A stretch of 64,000 bases of DNA from Tubiluchus corallicola (lineage: Eukaryota; Animalia; Priapulida), in the NCBI GenBank assembly GCA_030141605.1, contig JAQGDQ010000728.1:42792-106791 (forward strand). Reading direction: 5' to 3'. Shown here piece by piece: positions 30,201 to 45,200 of the stretch. The notes under the pieces are model-generated. The model saw nothing but the letters and a program-made list of their open reading frames with translations, ran no database searches and had not been told where the DNA came from. The position numbers were made by a program, and so were the translations under genes. How positions within the stretch are numbered: position 1 is the stretch's first letter; each line of letters begins with the position of its first letter.

Positions 30201-33200
30201 CTAATTGTAATGAACACTAATATGAAGTCAAATTGTTATACACAAAATCGTTAAAGGAAAGACCAAGCCTTTTTAGGCTTATTTCAATCATCGGGAAAAA
30301 TATTAGAAAGATTTAGTAATAAAACTGAAACTGAAACTGAATTAATGTCAGCAAGCAATTGCAAACTCTCTGAGAGTTGCTGCGAGTTGATTTAATGTCT
30401 CGTGTGAACGCCTCGTGGGCGATGACGCTTAGTGTTGAGCTTGGGCGGTAGTCTAACGCCTTCTGTCCCTTGCACGAAACACATAAGCAGCACTGTGCTG
30501 CCCTCTGTAGTGAAAAGGTTGAATAATTTCTCATACCTTATTAGTGGTGTGTATTGTTTGGTCAAAGGTAGAAAGAAGAATTTGTCTCGTATTGAAGTAG
30601 CCGGTGTTAGCCAGTCTTGATTTCACGAGGGTCTCGAGTAAATTGTCCGGAAGGCGACCACCATCCTAAATAAGTCAAACATTTTACTAGCTGAAAATCA
30701 TGGCTGAAATTTCAAGAAAAACTCTTTCATCAACAAAACTACATTACGATAACTAGCTGCTCACTGAAAAAAATTAAGATATTTGGCATGCATTTTACTG
30801 TGTTGAAGCCCTTAGTTAAAGGGAAAGAAACAGGAATTTGAAAGTATGTCCGAAAAAAAACATTCCATGCAAAGTTATATTACTCAGCATTATGCTTATC
30901 TGTTTGAAAGAGTCGTGTAACTAGAAAAGAAAATTCTTAGTAATTTAAAACGTTCGTGTCAACTGGTAAAATGGCACTGCATCACCATCCCAGTATGTGA
31001 CACTGATATGAACAAGTTCTAAAGGTAAGTGCCAAGACACTGATAAATCAAGTAGAATACAGGTGAGTTTCATTTTATATCTCATAAACTTTATTTTATA
31101 AATCAGTAGTGATACCATACATTGCTCTGTCTCTCTGTCAAGTCACATGCTTACAATGTGATCTGTAAAAACCAACTGCCCAGGTAAGTTTTTTCCAAGC
31201 AGCAAGGAAGCCAGCAATTCAATGAAGGTAAATGTTATGCATACTAGTTCAAGGATGAAAGTTTAAACTGTATATAAAGAAACAAACTTGTTTTATAGCT
31301 GAAATTTCTTGTGTGGGATTTTAATTTAATATTTTAACAAGAGAAGGCAATAATATGACTACTGATAATAATTACAAAATAATAATTAATGAAAATAAGA
31401 TCAAGAAATCATGAGCTTCACGACCACTGATTCACCAAAATGATATTACTGATCTTACGGGCAATATAAAGTAATATATAGTTTTGGTTAATTAGGGAAG
31501 CAAGTGCCACGAATGCACTGAATAGTTTTTCAAACTTTACACAATGTTATCTAAACTTGTTCCAAATAACTTACAGCTAAAATGGCTGCATGTAAGTTTA
31601 GATTTACAGGTGTTCATCATCATCATCATCCAATGAATCACACGTCCAGGGACATGATTCTGCTCACCTCCCTATGCCAGAACTCCCTGCTCACCGCAAT
31701 GCCCCAAGTACATTTATTTCTAAGGATCAATGCTGAAGTGTTTAAATCTTTCTGTGCAAAATCTAAATATGTTAACATTTGTCCTAGTGCAGGTTTTTTA
31801 GCTGGTTCTATCGCTTGTTGAAGAGCTATCTTCACTGGAATATCATCAGGTAGTCTAAGCATATGCCCAATCCATCTTAAACGGCGTCTTTTTATTTTTC
31901 TTGTCCAAGGATTTTCTTTTATTTGTTCACATAGATCTTTGTTTAAAATTTTCTTTGGCCATCTAATACCCAAAATGTTTCTGTATTTTACAGGTTTCAC
32001 ACCGCGCTACTGCTAACACAAGCCCTGTATTCTATAAGACAGGATGTAACTGATACACAATTTCAAGACGAATTTTTAAACTGAAACGAAAAGCGTTTCT
32101 TGTGCTTTAATAGCTTCGTTGACTCAGTGTTCCTAATTTCAGTTTCCATGCCAAAAGCAAAACTAAAAGTCATTAGTTCAAAGACAAACACTACCTTATA
32201 ATGACCCGACATACGCTGGAGTGGTTCTCTTTCCCAACACCAGTTTTCGAGCATTTGTGAGGGCGCTTCGACGAAATCTCTCTCCACGCTTGTCCCACTA
32301 AAGTGAGCGTAGTCGGACTGAGCGCAAATCTGATGCATCACATGACCGAATTCATGAAAGTATGTCTCTACCTGTCGTAAACAATAGTCTTACAAATATA
32401 CATAAATCATGTTAACAATAGGCATAAGCAATTCTCAAAAGACGACTGTTTCTTCTACAAAACTGTCCTTGAATACTACAGCTTAATGCGTACGCAATTT
32501 TTAAATCTGTATCTTTTTATGCTCAAATACGCGTGCCACTACAGCAGGGAACTATGTAAGCAATGTTTGTTAAAGTTATGGTTATGCAGTGGTGGATTTA
32601 GGGTGTTCGCCCAAGGGGCCCTGGCCCTCGCTTTCACAGTAACTGTTACAACACACCAAATTACATAGTTCCTCTGAATTATAAGCATTAGAACAATTTG
32701 CTAAATCCTAAAGGTGTGTTATATCAGTAAAAATCTGGAAACAGATGAAAGTGTACATTATGTATGTTGTATAGTGTATATCAAAATATTGGTATTTTTG
32801 AGTCAAAAGTGAGGAAACACCTGTACTAAACTAGTGAGCTTCCTTGAGGAAATGGCTTCAAGAAGGCAGAAAACTCATCTGAAATGCAATAAAATGTATT
32901 ATTGTCCAGGTGGACCTCACTGGGGAGGTTACATTGTTCCCCCAGACCCTCTAACTGCTTTTCTGTTGGGCATACCATTGTTCTGAAACCTGCATCCGCC
33001 CCTGATGCCACTACACAAATGTAATGAAACAGAGATTACTCCGTCATGTTCACTAACCTGATAATAATGATGTTAACTTATTGACAACTTTCTTAAACTG
33101 GATTCTGGTTCTCAACAAATTGAATTACAACTAATGAATAATTGTTTGTAAGATTTAGTAGAACAACCAGCACGAAATTAGTAAAGCTAAATTACTTTAA

Positions 33201-36200
33201 GAAAATGGGTGTTTCTTCGTGCATGTTCAACATACAAGCTAATTAATTCAAAGTCATTTAGTAGTAATAGTAGTAGTAGTAAAATCTTTATTTGCCATTT
33301 TAAAAACATTGACCATCATAGTAAAAGACAGACAATCAGTGTTAGTTCATATAAAAAACATACACTGTTCTGGGCAAATGCGTCTGGTGCAAGCTAAACT
33401 ATAAGTGCAACTAGAAATTCAAAAATAAAATATAAACTAGTTTAGTACAGTCTAGGAAAAATGAAATTATGATTTGAGCACGTATCATTGTGTTCGTATG
33501 TCGGATATTTAAAACGCGTCATTAAATGTTTTTTTTTAATTTAAACTTGAATATTGATAAAGAGCTGCTGTGTTTTAGTGATGGCGGTAATGAATTCCAA
33601 AGTTGTATTGCTTGCTTAGTAATGGAATTCTTTCTATATTGATTGTTCGTTCTAATGTTTCTTAAATTTAGTGTTCTGTTATTCATACTGGGGTATTTAA
33701 GAAGTGGGAGCTTATTGTTTTTGAAAGGAGAATTAATATTGTTGATATATTTATAGAGAAACAGGAGAGTTTGATAATCTCTGTGGGCTTCTAATATCGG
33801 GATTTCCGTGGAGTTTCTTAAAGAGGTGGCAGAATATTTAGCTACAGCTTTAATGTACACATTAAAAACCTGTATGTATGTTTGGCTAAAATTCTCAAGA
33901 AGCGTGAAGTCATGAAGCCTGTAAATGCTAAAAATTTTTATTTCTGCATTATGGTTAATTTGGTCCGTTTATATGAAGGTTCATGTCGGTGACATTCTGT
34001 TCATATTTTGCATTTTTAAGCAAAGCATTTTATAAGCACATATTGTGAGGTGGTTTTAATATTTTAATTGTATAGAAAAATGCAACTAAGTTGACAATGT
34101 TTCTGACGTGGTCAGAAACTGAAGATTTTGCAACATAGTTAAAAATCGGGCCTTAAAAATCAAGAGATGACAGTTTTTCTTGAAAGTTCTTATTTTCTTT
34201 TATTGAATTGACCTTGCTTGAATACATGGAAGGTGCATTTCACAATAAAACCTCAGCATTTAACTGTTCAGACAATCATCCACGGGTCAAACGTCAACCC
34301 ATTTTGGCATAACTCATATCATTCAGTTTGTCTCGTTGAGAACTTTCATTTGATATACAACAAGTTACTTTTAGTAGATCCTGGAACGCACTTGTCTCCT
34401 CGACCCCCTGCTATAGCAACACTTAATAATTGTTGTTCCAGGGTTGGTTTCTCCTTTAAGTAAAATCTACCTCATCGTGTGTAAGAAGAGAAGGCCTCTC
34501 AGCAGTTGGTTTGGTAAAATTCGCAACCATGGCTGCCACTGCGATCTGTCGACTGCCATCGTGTTTCAAACAGCTAGGCTAGAAATAAACAAACAATAAT
34601 TACCCTGTAGACTCATGTACAAGTTGAATTTTTGGGAGGCGATTTTAAGGTGAAATTTTTGGGGTCGAGTTATACTTACGATTTGTTTTTGGGAGATGTT
34701 GCTAAAGAGTCGTCTACGAATATGTAAAGAAATAATCTTTCATTATACGCTGGACTGAACGAACACTCATACTGTGATACTTCACATCAGAGAATGTTCA
34801 CATCTTGACATTACTTCACAAACTTAACAAATATTACTGTAATTTATTTTAATGTATGTGAAATTAAGTTAAAATTTATATATTACCAGTAAATAAACTA
34901 GGGCAATATCTTAGAGTTAAAGGCATTACAAACAAACATGCGCGATGAAAGGCCAGGCTTCATTATCATGGATTGCATTGTCGGCCCTCAACATGAATAT
35001 ATAAACGCCTCAATATATATACATACATTGTGTAGTACGTAATATACTAAACCCTTCGGTTAAGTGACTCAGTCAGTTAATTGGGTCAAAACACTTCTGT
35101 GCCAAAGTGAATTTATTAAGCAGCGCTAACTGTCTGTTTTTGTCCACTTACGAATCACCTTCGTGAATATAACACTGAACTGAACTTCAACGATCTGCAT
35201 GAATTTTTCAATGAAAACTCAATGTCATATTTTGAATTTGTAAAAAAGCCCATGTAAAATCATGAATGCTAATTACTAATTTGTAAAACAGCAATAGGTA
35301 AATAATGGGCTTACCTGCAGACCAAAACAAGCAGCATGTCCATATTTGCCATCTCTAGGATGTAAGTCCAGGTAGAAGTATCCAAGCAATGTACCACTAC
35401 TTGCATCCTTTACGCTAAACTGTGTGAAATCATCAAATGTTATTTAAATACAGTAAGTCCTCACTTCACGACGCTAATGGGTTTCGGCAAAACGTGACGT
35501 TAAGTGAAACGTCGTTAAACGAAGCCAAAAATTCCATAGAAATGCGATGTAAAAGAGCTGAGATGCATTCCGGAGACAAAAATCAATGATGATGAAATCA
35601 CATTTACGAGCCTCTTTATGATTTCCGCTGGTTAATTTTTTCCTCTTTGTTGTGTTTTGTTTCTCTCGGAAGGGTCGTAAAGAAAACCAGAAAACACTTC
35701 ATCAAATTTAACTAGTTTATTAAGCGAGAATTCTATAACATAAAAGTATGAAGGAACTTCGAAATGATTACAGTAAACGTGAAAATCTGGAAAACGTTTG
35801 AGGGTATCTGAAAATGTAAGTATACATGAGAATGTGTAAGTGACGTCCGTGTGAATCAGTGTGTCTCTCTCAGCGGCCTGCTTCGCCTTATATAGGGTGC
35901 CAGGGAACATTCTAGACGTTTCTTTCTAGAACATTCTACAAGGTAAGACGATTATTCTAATGGAACATTCTACAATATTCTATTTAATTCTAATAAATGC
36001 CAGCGATCTCCACAACACTGTTTGCTTGAAACCTCCTATATATCTTACTTACCTAACTAGCGGTTTCGTTATCGTTGATGTTTAGGGTCTAGGCAGCGGT
36101 TAAACAATAAACACTGCAGCAGAATCAAAGCCAAGCACTGGGGCGACCTTGTCTAGAAACTTAGTACGCATTAGTCTGGTTGCCATAGCAACAGGTTGCA

Positions 36201-39200
36201 GGCAAAATTGCTTCCCATAAAGTTTGCTCTCATGTGTTGCTTGTGTTTAACGCTCAGTCAGGAAGCAAAATGTGTATTTGTAAAATTGACTGCATTGTTT
36301 ACGTTACTAGTACGTGTTTTGAACAGAATAACGCAGTATGTACTATTTTAGTGCGTCAAATCAGGTAAAAAAGTTGTTGATAAAATAAAAATAGGCTTTG
36401 AGCAAAGTAAAAAAATCGTCATTAAAATGAAATGTGTGTTGTTAAGTGAAAAAAGGCGTCAAATGTTCAGAGTCGTTGAAACGAAACTAAACGAGTCGCT
36501 TGTTAAATTAGTAGTCAGTCCGGAAACAAAAACGCATGCACTTATATAATATTTGCAGTGTCTACATTACTAGTGCGTTTTTAGAACACAATAACGCAAT
36601 ATATACTGCTTTACGGCAACAAAATCAAGTAAAAAAATTGCTGATATAATAAAAAAATAAAAACTGGTTTTGTGCAAAGCAAAAAAAATCTTTGCTAAAA
36701 CAAAACGGTGCGACGTTAAGTGAAGAAAAGGTGTGAAACGTTCAGCGTCGTTCAAACGAAACGGGGGGGAGGATCGTTAAGCGAGGAATTATTGTATATA
36801 GCAAATACAGCCCTTAAAAATGAGCAGATGATTACAATAAACAAAGCTTAAGGTTACCATGGTAACATCGTCATGCCAAGTCAGTGGTTTTGCAATCTCC
36901 TCAAACTTCAAGTTCAGTAACTCCTGTAAATAAAATGACGATTATAACAAAGTTTTGAAGCGACTAATTATTTTGAAGAAGATTTTATCTAAATGTTAAC
37001 ACATGGCATGTAAAGTACTTCAAGTTTGTATGTGCAGTCACAGTGGTCAATCGTTTGAATTTTTGTATATTTTTTACCTTTCAGTACTATAAGCTGACAT
37101 ACAGAAAAATTAAAAAAGTACTTCGAAAAATATTGTCTTAATAGTAAAAAAACAGTTGCTCTTAAATTCTGACTATTTTTTTTAATAATTAATTACCATA
37201 TGGCATTAAACTCATGAATATTATCATCTAAATCTTGTTTTTGTTTTCATAAATTCAGAAAAAACACTAGTCTCCGTACCACTAATTCATGAGTAATTGA
37301 CAATGTTTTTAAAATTAATTAATTATGATAATGTTAAATCAAACATTCATTTATCAACCTAACTGCAAATATACATAAAATTATATGTTAATTACCACAG
37401 TTTTTGTTTAGAAACTGCTAATTTAGGAAATGAAGTTGGTTAAATGCATTTATTGTCTATACCTCATTACTCACTTTTGCTGCCTCTGATCATTTAATTT
37501 TAACATATTAAAAAGATGGCTGACTTGACCTTTTGGTCGGTTCACTATCCTCTCTCCTCACTTATTACTAGCAATTGGGCCCCATTTACCTGTATACTAT
37601 TCATCTATTGCACACATGCAGACTGGAAGTGTTTACTCTACATTTGTAAATTGCAGAAACAATAAATTTTAAGTCATTAATTAAGATTTTAATCTATCAT
37701 TTAATTAACAGAAACGTTTTGTTAAATTAATCGTGTTAAAATGTATATTTTTTATCGGACTTGAAAATGGGGTTGTATATGAAAAATCATCCTGTCTCCC
37801 TTAATCTGTGTCAACCCAAGAAATGCCTGTATCCCTGACCCTTGTGCAGCTTCCTTGACTTGCTTTCTTGATGCTGAGAAAACTTGAGTTATCTAAGCTC
37901 ACAAGAAATATGTGATTATTCAATCTAACACTATGTCTGCTTGTAAACCAAAACCGTCTATAAGTCGGTATAGTGAAAACTACATTATGATGCTTCAAAG
38001 TTGAATGCACCAAAAATTTGGTCAAATGTTAATTTTTTGTTTTTTTATAAAAACAAATGCTAAAATGTATTAGACTTTTATATTCTAGCATTAAATTATC
38101 AAGAAACTGTCCAAAAAATACTAAAAATTTAATTTTATAACCCCGTGCCCATGCCTAGAAACTAATATTGCAATTGTAAAACACTTTGCTGTCACTTTGC
38201 TTCGGGTTTTTTCTGTTGACAAGCCCAGATCTTCGTAAGGAAGCGCCATCTACAGGATTTAAACATAACTTCAACGTGTTCTTGTAAAGTCCAAAGCAAC
38301 CACACTTCCGTACGGTTGCTAAGTGTTTTGTAGAGATACGACAAAAACAATGGCTGAATTTAACGGAGATTTTCTCAAGATCATGTTTTTCAGTGTGTAG
38401 CCTGCACCTCAACTTCAACGTGGATTATCTCAGCTTAGAAATAACATAGAGCAATGAGTCTGGTATCAAAATGATCCTCATGAAATGGAGATTCAGGATA
38501 TGTGAATAACTAGAAAAGCTTAATTGCAGACTTGTAGATGATGAACACATCTACAACAATTTTTCTACAGCTAAAACACAAGTTGATTATTTTAAGCTAA
38601 AGACATATTATCTATCATAAAAACCTGGTAGATTTCCAGCAATCCTTTTGTGACGACATTTAATGGAAAATATTCCTTGAGTTTATTTTGGTCGACTGCG
38701 TAGTTCCTCTCCTCCACCATAGTCATGTAGTAGCGCACATCGTAAGGATTTAATTTGCCATCATACTCTAAACCATATTCCTTACACTGCAAATATAACA
38801 CAATTGTCAAAGACAAAGTAATAAACACAAAAACAAAACAACAAATTTATAAAAATTGGACCTTTGAGCAAAAGAAATTAACTAATAACAACTAACAAGT
38901 ATTATTGCTTTATAAAATTATTATAAAAATACCCAAGGGTGGTCTGTCATAAGCGATGACTTCCTAGGTCTTTCTTGCATTATTTAATGTTAATAACAGT
39001 GATTATTTTCACATAATTTTTATAACTGATTATATATTTGTAGAGCCCAGAATCACGCTATTTCAGCTAAGCTACGGTTTATTTCTACAGTCGACCTAGC
39101 CGATAAGAAACTTAGTCACGCCGGTTGTTCAGTGATGGGAGTCGAGCTAGCCAACATTTTTGCCGACTGCGAAAATTTTCACTCTTGCGATAGTCACATG

Positions 39201-42200
39201 ACGCTGCAAATCACTGGTTGAAATACGGCAAAAGCATTGCGGATTCGTGGTCAGATTGTGCGTGCTCTGGCAGAGATACTCAACTTCAGAAATTTTTGAA
39301 CGAGAAATATGGTCAATTCAAAATTAAATGCACAAACAGGCAACGTTTGTTATACTTATGGGATAATTTTGGTGTTTTGGTATTGATTCATCGGTAATCA
39401 AGATACTCGGTCAAGAGTTGGATTTAAATTACATTTGCAATAAATTGTTTCTTTATAATAATAAGAAATTGATCTCTAATGCATTACTTGAATTTGTACA
39501 TCGGCTTTTTTCTGTGCAACACAAATTATTTTAAAAAATTGTCTCTCTTATTTAGCAAACAAAAATTTACAGCTTTAGCTGACTTAGCCTTTTTTAAGCC
39601 AAGTCAGCTGTAAAGTAGAGCTAGCTTCAGCTGAGCTAACTGATTTACTGTGTGAGTCAGTTGATGTAGTAGCTCCAGCCTCTAATAATAACTTACTTCC
39701 TGTTGCTTAAAGTCAAGCATAACTTTCATCTCTTCGTCTTTCAAAGGCCGGAGTTTCTTTGTGAGCTCTTCCAGGAACTTGGAGACGGTTATAGGATTCT
39801 TAGCCATTCTCATCTCTAACACGTAATCAGCATGCGTAGGATAAGCTAACAAATCTGCCATCTAAACAAGTATAAAAAACTTATCAAAAATGTATTTATT
39901 TGTGTATGGTAGCCTTTAGTACAGTGTACTACTTTCTAACTTGAGTTTAAAACACTAAAACAGGGGTGTGCAAATTATCTGACTAGCCGGGCCACATTAA
40001 ATTTTCCCGCAATTCCTGCGGGCCACATGCAGTTTGATCAAGGAGTGAAGTACACAAAGGCCTGATAACGTTTATTTTGCATCCGATCTGCTACACTCAA
40101 TAAACTATTTTAGAAGTTATTAAAATTTATATTACAAACCATATATTTCTACTTTCACGACAGATAGTGGTAATTTCATTGCAATGCATATTAGTAATGT
40201 GTATCACACAGTCTGTGTAGTACAATTAAGCTACAACCGTCTTGTAAGGGTTAATGGCATCCGATCTAGTAGAAAAAACTACCCCCACTATCTTTGGGAT
40301 CATGGCACGGACTTCACCTGGATACACTCAATTAATCGCCCGGGCCGAACTTTCATTAGGTTGACAAATCTCTTCGCAGGCCGCACAAATTCTCTCGGCG
40401 GGCCGCAATTTGCACACCCCTGTGATAAACCAAATATAAAGACATAATCAGGGGCATATTAACCAATAGGGTAACAAGGGTATAGCTTAGGGTGCCACAT
40501 TTAAAGTTTGAAGGGCGTCACATTTAAAAAAAATTTATTCCCTTGGAAAATGTGTATACTTTCGTATTCATGTAAAGGGTGCATTTTGTAACACACCACA
40601 TGCAGTTACTGAAGGAAGTTACTGAAAGCAGTTACTGAAGCTTCTATATAAGTGCCACATAATGAGCAGGTGCAAGTATTACACAACAAACAGTTGCACA
40701 GGCTTGTCGAATATAAGTGCTATGTAAATATATGTAATTAATAATGACCATGTAGAAACTAGATTAATACTGTTTCTTATATACCACAAGTAATTATTTA
40801 ATCAGTTCATTATATAAACAACCATAAATTAAGAATAGAGATGGGCAGGACACAACTATCAGTCTAGAGTGTCATAAAGTGTTGACATGCTTCTGGACAC
40901 AATGCACAAAGAATGAACAGCACGCATTTCCATGCAGCTCTATAAAACATTTTTGACAGACTAATTATTTGATACTCTATGTTAGTAATTAATCAAGCGT
41001 TGTACCTGTCACTCTGAATGTCTTTATCAATCACAAGGTGAAAGAAATCAATACAATAATTGCTTTTATTTTGGAAATGAGTGCTTAGAATGCTTAGTGT
41101 GCTTACCGTAGAACAAAAAAAAACATAACGCTAATGACACACCTCATCCATACATAAGAAATTAAAAGACAAGAAAAAGGGGTACCTGAAGTAGGTTACA
41201 GAAAAGTCGTCTTAAAAAATTATATTACTTTATAGCAATTTTTGTGTATATAGTACTCGCGTTAAAAGGATTTTTTCATTTTAAATCCTCCGTAATACTG
41301 TTCCGAAGGAGCCATTACATGACGATATATACCCACAACGTAAATAAGAGAGGGGAAAAGGAAATGTTAAACTATGTCCAAAAAACTTTCCATGAAAAGT
41401 TATATTACTCAGCATTTCTCTTACCTGCTTGAAGGACTTATGTAACTAGAAAAGAAAATTATTAAATATTTAAAAAGTTTTCATAAAATGGTAAAATGTC
41501 GTTGGCTCACCTCCAGGGTGCAGCACTCACTAGCCACAAAACGTATTTTTAATCTTATTGACAAGATACAGTAATTTTAAATTTTGCTTAGTTACTGATG
41601 TGTGTGCTAGGAATGTTTTGATAATTTTTTTCAAACTTTACTCAGTGTTACCTAAACTCGTTTCAAATGACTTATCGTCAAAATGGCTGCGTTTAACTGT
41701 CATCAGGGAGTTTAAATTTACATGTTTTATACAGCATTACTGTCGACGCCAGCCCTGTATGCAAAAAGGCAGTACGTAAGTGGTTTTTAAGCTTGATGTA
41801 AGGAGCGGGTTTTCTCTTAGGCGATTGATTCTACATTACTGTGAGTCTAATACATGTCGCCTACTGTATTAGCTTAGTATCGGCATATATGGACAATCGG
41901 CAAATTCTGACCGAGGTCTCCAGGCTCCTGCCTGGAACCAAGATACGAGTTTATGCAGACTAAGTAACCAATGCAGTTGAAGAAATTGATAAGTAATAAT
42001 TTCATACAAAACCTTTTGCCGTAAGTTAATAAGCTCTTCCAGAATGGGCGTGTTCTCTGCCATGCACCTGCAGACATTAACATGAACATTAATAAAAGCT
42101 AATTCAGATTTCAATGTTTAAGCCAGGGCTTCACAGGGCTGGGATGTCTTTGTGATGACTGAAGATTTTTTTGAAGTGCAGCAGTCATCAAAAAATTTCC

Positions 42201-45200
42201 ATGACTGCATTTTGTGCCAAATCATTTGTGTAAAGTGCTGAATATGTCTGTATGTGGTATATATGTATGTGTATGTGTGTATATGTGGTGTTTTTTACCG
42301 AAGCCGGTGACCATTTGGCGACCAATTGGGCAACATTCGGAGAATATTTGTGTGCTTGCAAAATCTCCATAAATCGGCAATTAAGCTTTTCTATTTATTC
42401 TCACATCCCGAATCTCCATTTCATGAGGATAATTTTGATACCAAGTTCATCATTCTGTGTTATTTCTAAGCTGAGATAATCCATGTCGAAGTTGAGGTGC
42501 AAGCTGCACACTGAAAAACATAATCTTGAGAAAATCACTGTTAAAGTCAGCCATTGTTTTTGTTGAGTTTCTACCGAACACTTGGCAACCGCATAAATGT
42601 TAGTTGCTATGGACCTTGCAAACACGTTGAAGTTATGTTTAAATCCAGTAGATGGCTCTTCCTTATGAAGACTTGGGCTTGGCAAAAGAAAAACCAGAAA
42701 CAAACTGACTAACTGATGAGCAAAGGAGGTTACAATTGCAGTACTAGTTTCTAGCACGAAGAACGGCTACAAAACTAAATTCTTAGTATTTTTTGAACAT
42801 TTTCTTGATAATTTGATGCTAGAATATAAAAGTCCAATATATTTATCATTTGGTTTTATAAAAACACGAAAAATTAACATTTGAACAAATTTTTGGTACA
42901 TTCTACTTTGAAGCATAATAACATGGTTTTTAGTATGTCGACTTGTAGACAGTTTTGGTTTGCAAGCACATTTTTGGCAACTGTTGGACTATCTGAAATT
43001 TTCAAATATCGCCAAAGTCACATACCCCCCCCCCCCGTGAAAGCCTGGCTTTACCAACAAGAAAGGTTTAAAATCAACTTACTTACTTAGCCATGGGACT
43101 TGCAAATTTCAACAATTATGTAAAATTGAAAATAAAAACCAGTGAAAGAATTCCTTTTTGCTATCAGCTTTACAGCTTTACAAAACACTAAATTTTTGCT
43201 TGCGTTTCCTTGACCCATGAGACGGGTCATCTGATCAAATAGCAGCTCGTGTATAGGTACCGAGCAACTGCAGCACCCTCTATTTTCACTCGATATTGTC
43301 GATAACATTCAACACAATGAGTCTTTTTTCTCTAGTTCTTACTTTATACTTGTACATTATATAATCCTTAAGCTTAATGTCAGTAGCCATTCCCTAGTTC
43401 ATGAAAAAATTACAAAAATCCTTGTAGGAACTGTGCAATCCACTGTTCCAGGGACATGGTGCCTGTCTGTAGTGCATATGTGACCATGCACATGCACGCA
43501 TTGCGATTGCGATACTCGACTCTCTCCAGCTATCAGAGGTGGGCACCTTTATAAGGTGCAAAGTCTATTCTTCTATAACGCTGATCTTTTAGTTGTCTTT
43601 TCCAAGTTTAATGTCTTTATTTGTCTTTATCCTGTATTCCATACATTCGTTCACTAGATTTCTAATTTCTAGCAATCCTTCCTTTTCACTGTTCATTAAT
43701 ATATCTGAGTTCAAAATTTTTTTCCATTCTCCATATCTGTCACATCTAAGCAAATGTTCAGTAGTGTCATCATCTTCCTCACACACTGGGCATAATAACT
43801 GATCCTTAAACTCATCCTTGTACTTCCCTTTAACTTTAATCATATTCAGTCTTATTTTCAATACATCTTTAACCTCTTGTGGCTTACATGTGTCTATGTA
43901 ATTTTGTCGTTTCCACTCGGTATGCCTTAAAAATCTTAATTTAGTGCTGCTCCTGCATTTTTCTGCACATTCATTCTTCATACGCATATCCGAGATAAGC
44001 TGCACGCTAGGCAGAGAAAGCACTGTCGCTCATGCAGTGACGACCCTATTGTGCAAATGTGAGGTAGTGTTTCTTTTTTACGAAATTTTCTTTTTACATT
44101 TTTATTTCATTTCACACAACATTAAAACAATAGCTAAACATTTTCGTACTTTAAGTACGAGGCGCCACTAGACATTTGAAATTTGAATATTAGAACTCAT
44201 TAAGTATTTTTCATCCAACAATTTAATGGAACTTTGAAAACGGTATTGTTATAACAAAACAGAGATACCGCAAACCTGCTATTAAATGCCTTCTCCATTT
44301 GCTTTCTGGTCGATGGAACTCGACATTTTTTCATCACAGGAAAGTAATGAGGATATTTGAGGGTCACTTTACGCTTTCCCAATTCCGTTTTCTCTAAGGA
44401 GTCAATAAAATCGGGAGGAGTACCGGCTGCAAGAAAAGAGAAAAAACGCAAGTTACACGTGCACGGCAAAAAAGTGAACAAAGACTCCATTAATGTAATA
44501 GAAATAATTTGTTGAAGACAAAATGAACTTTCTGCAAACCACATGGACATGCTTGTTTAGTCAAGACAATTTGTGCATAAGAAAGTCTATCTAAAATAAA
44601 TGGATATTGAAAGTTTGTGCCTTTGTATCATTAATGTATTATTTATTTCTTTTTGGTTTGATTTATAGTTTGATCAGTGGCGACTGGTGTGTAGGTACTG
44701 TGGAACTGCAGCACTACCTATTTTCACTCAATATTACCATTAATATTCAATATAATAAGTCTTTTTTCTTTAGTTCTTTCTTTATACTTGTACGGAACCA
44801 GAGCACGTGACGGCAGTATTGTTTGCTTCACAGCCCAACACAATGCGCTCCAGTAATGCGGTGTTTGGCTGTTGTGCGGATGTGGCCCTGCACACGTCTG
44901 AGCCCAAGTAGAGAAAGTACTGTCTCTCACACAGTTTGTCGTCAGTTTTCAAGCGCTTATCGTGAATGGATCAATGGATTGAACTGTGACAATTTAAGCT
45001 ATTAATAAGCAAAAAAATTTTTTTTTAGGATTTTATCAAGTTCATGTATAAACTTTCATATGTCTGTTTGTTAAAAATCACAAATCACAACATTAAAATT
45101 ACATATGTTTTTTCGTTTTACACAGTATTAAAGCAATGGCTAAAAATCAGTACCTCTAGTAATTTTAGCTACAAGCCGCCATTGATCAGTAACAAATTAG

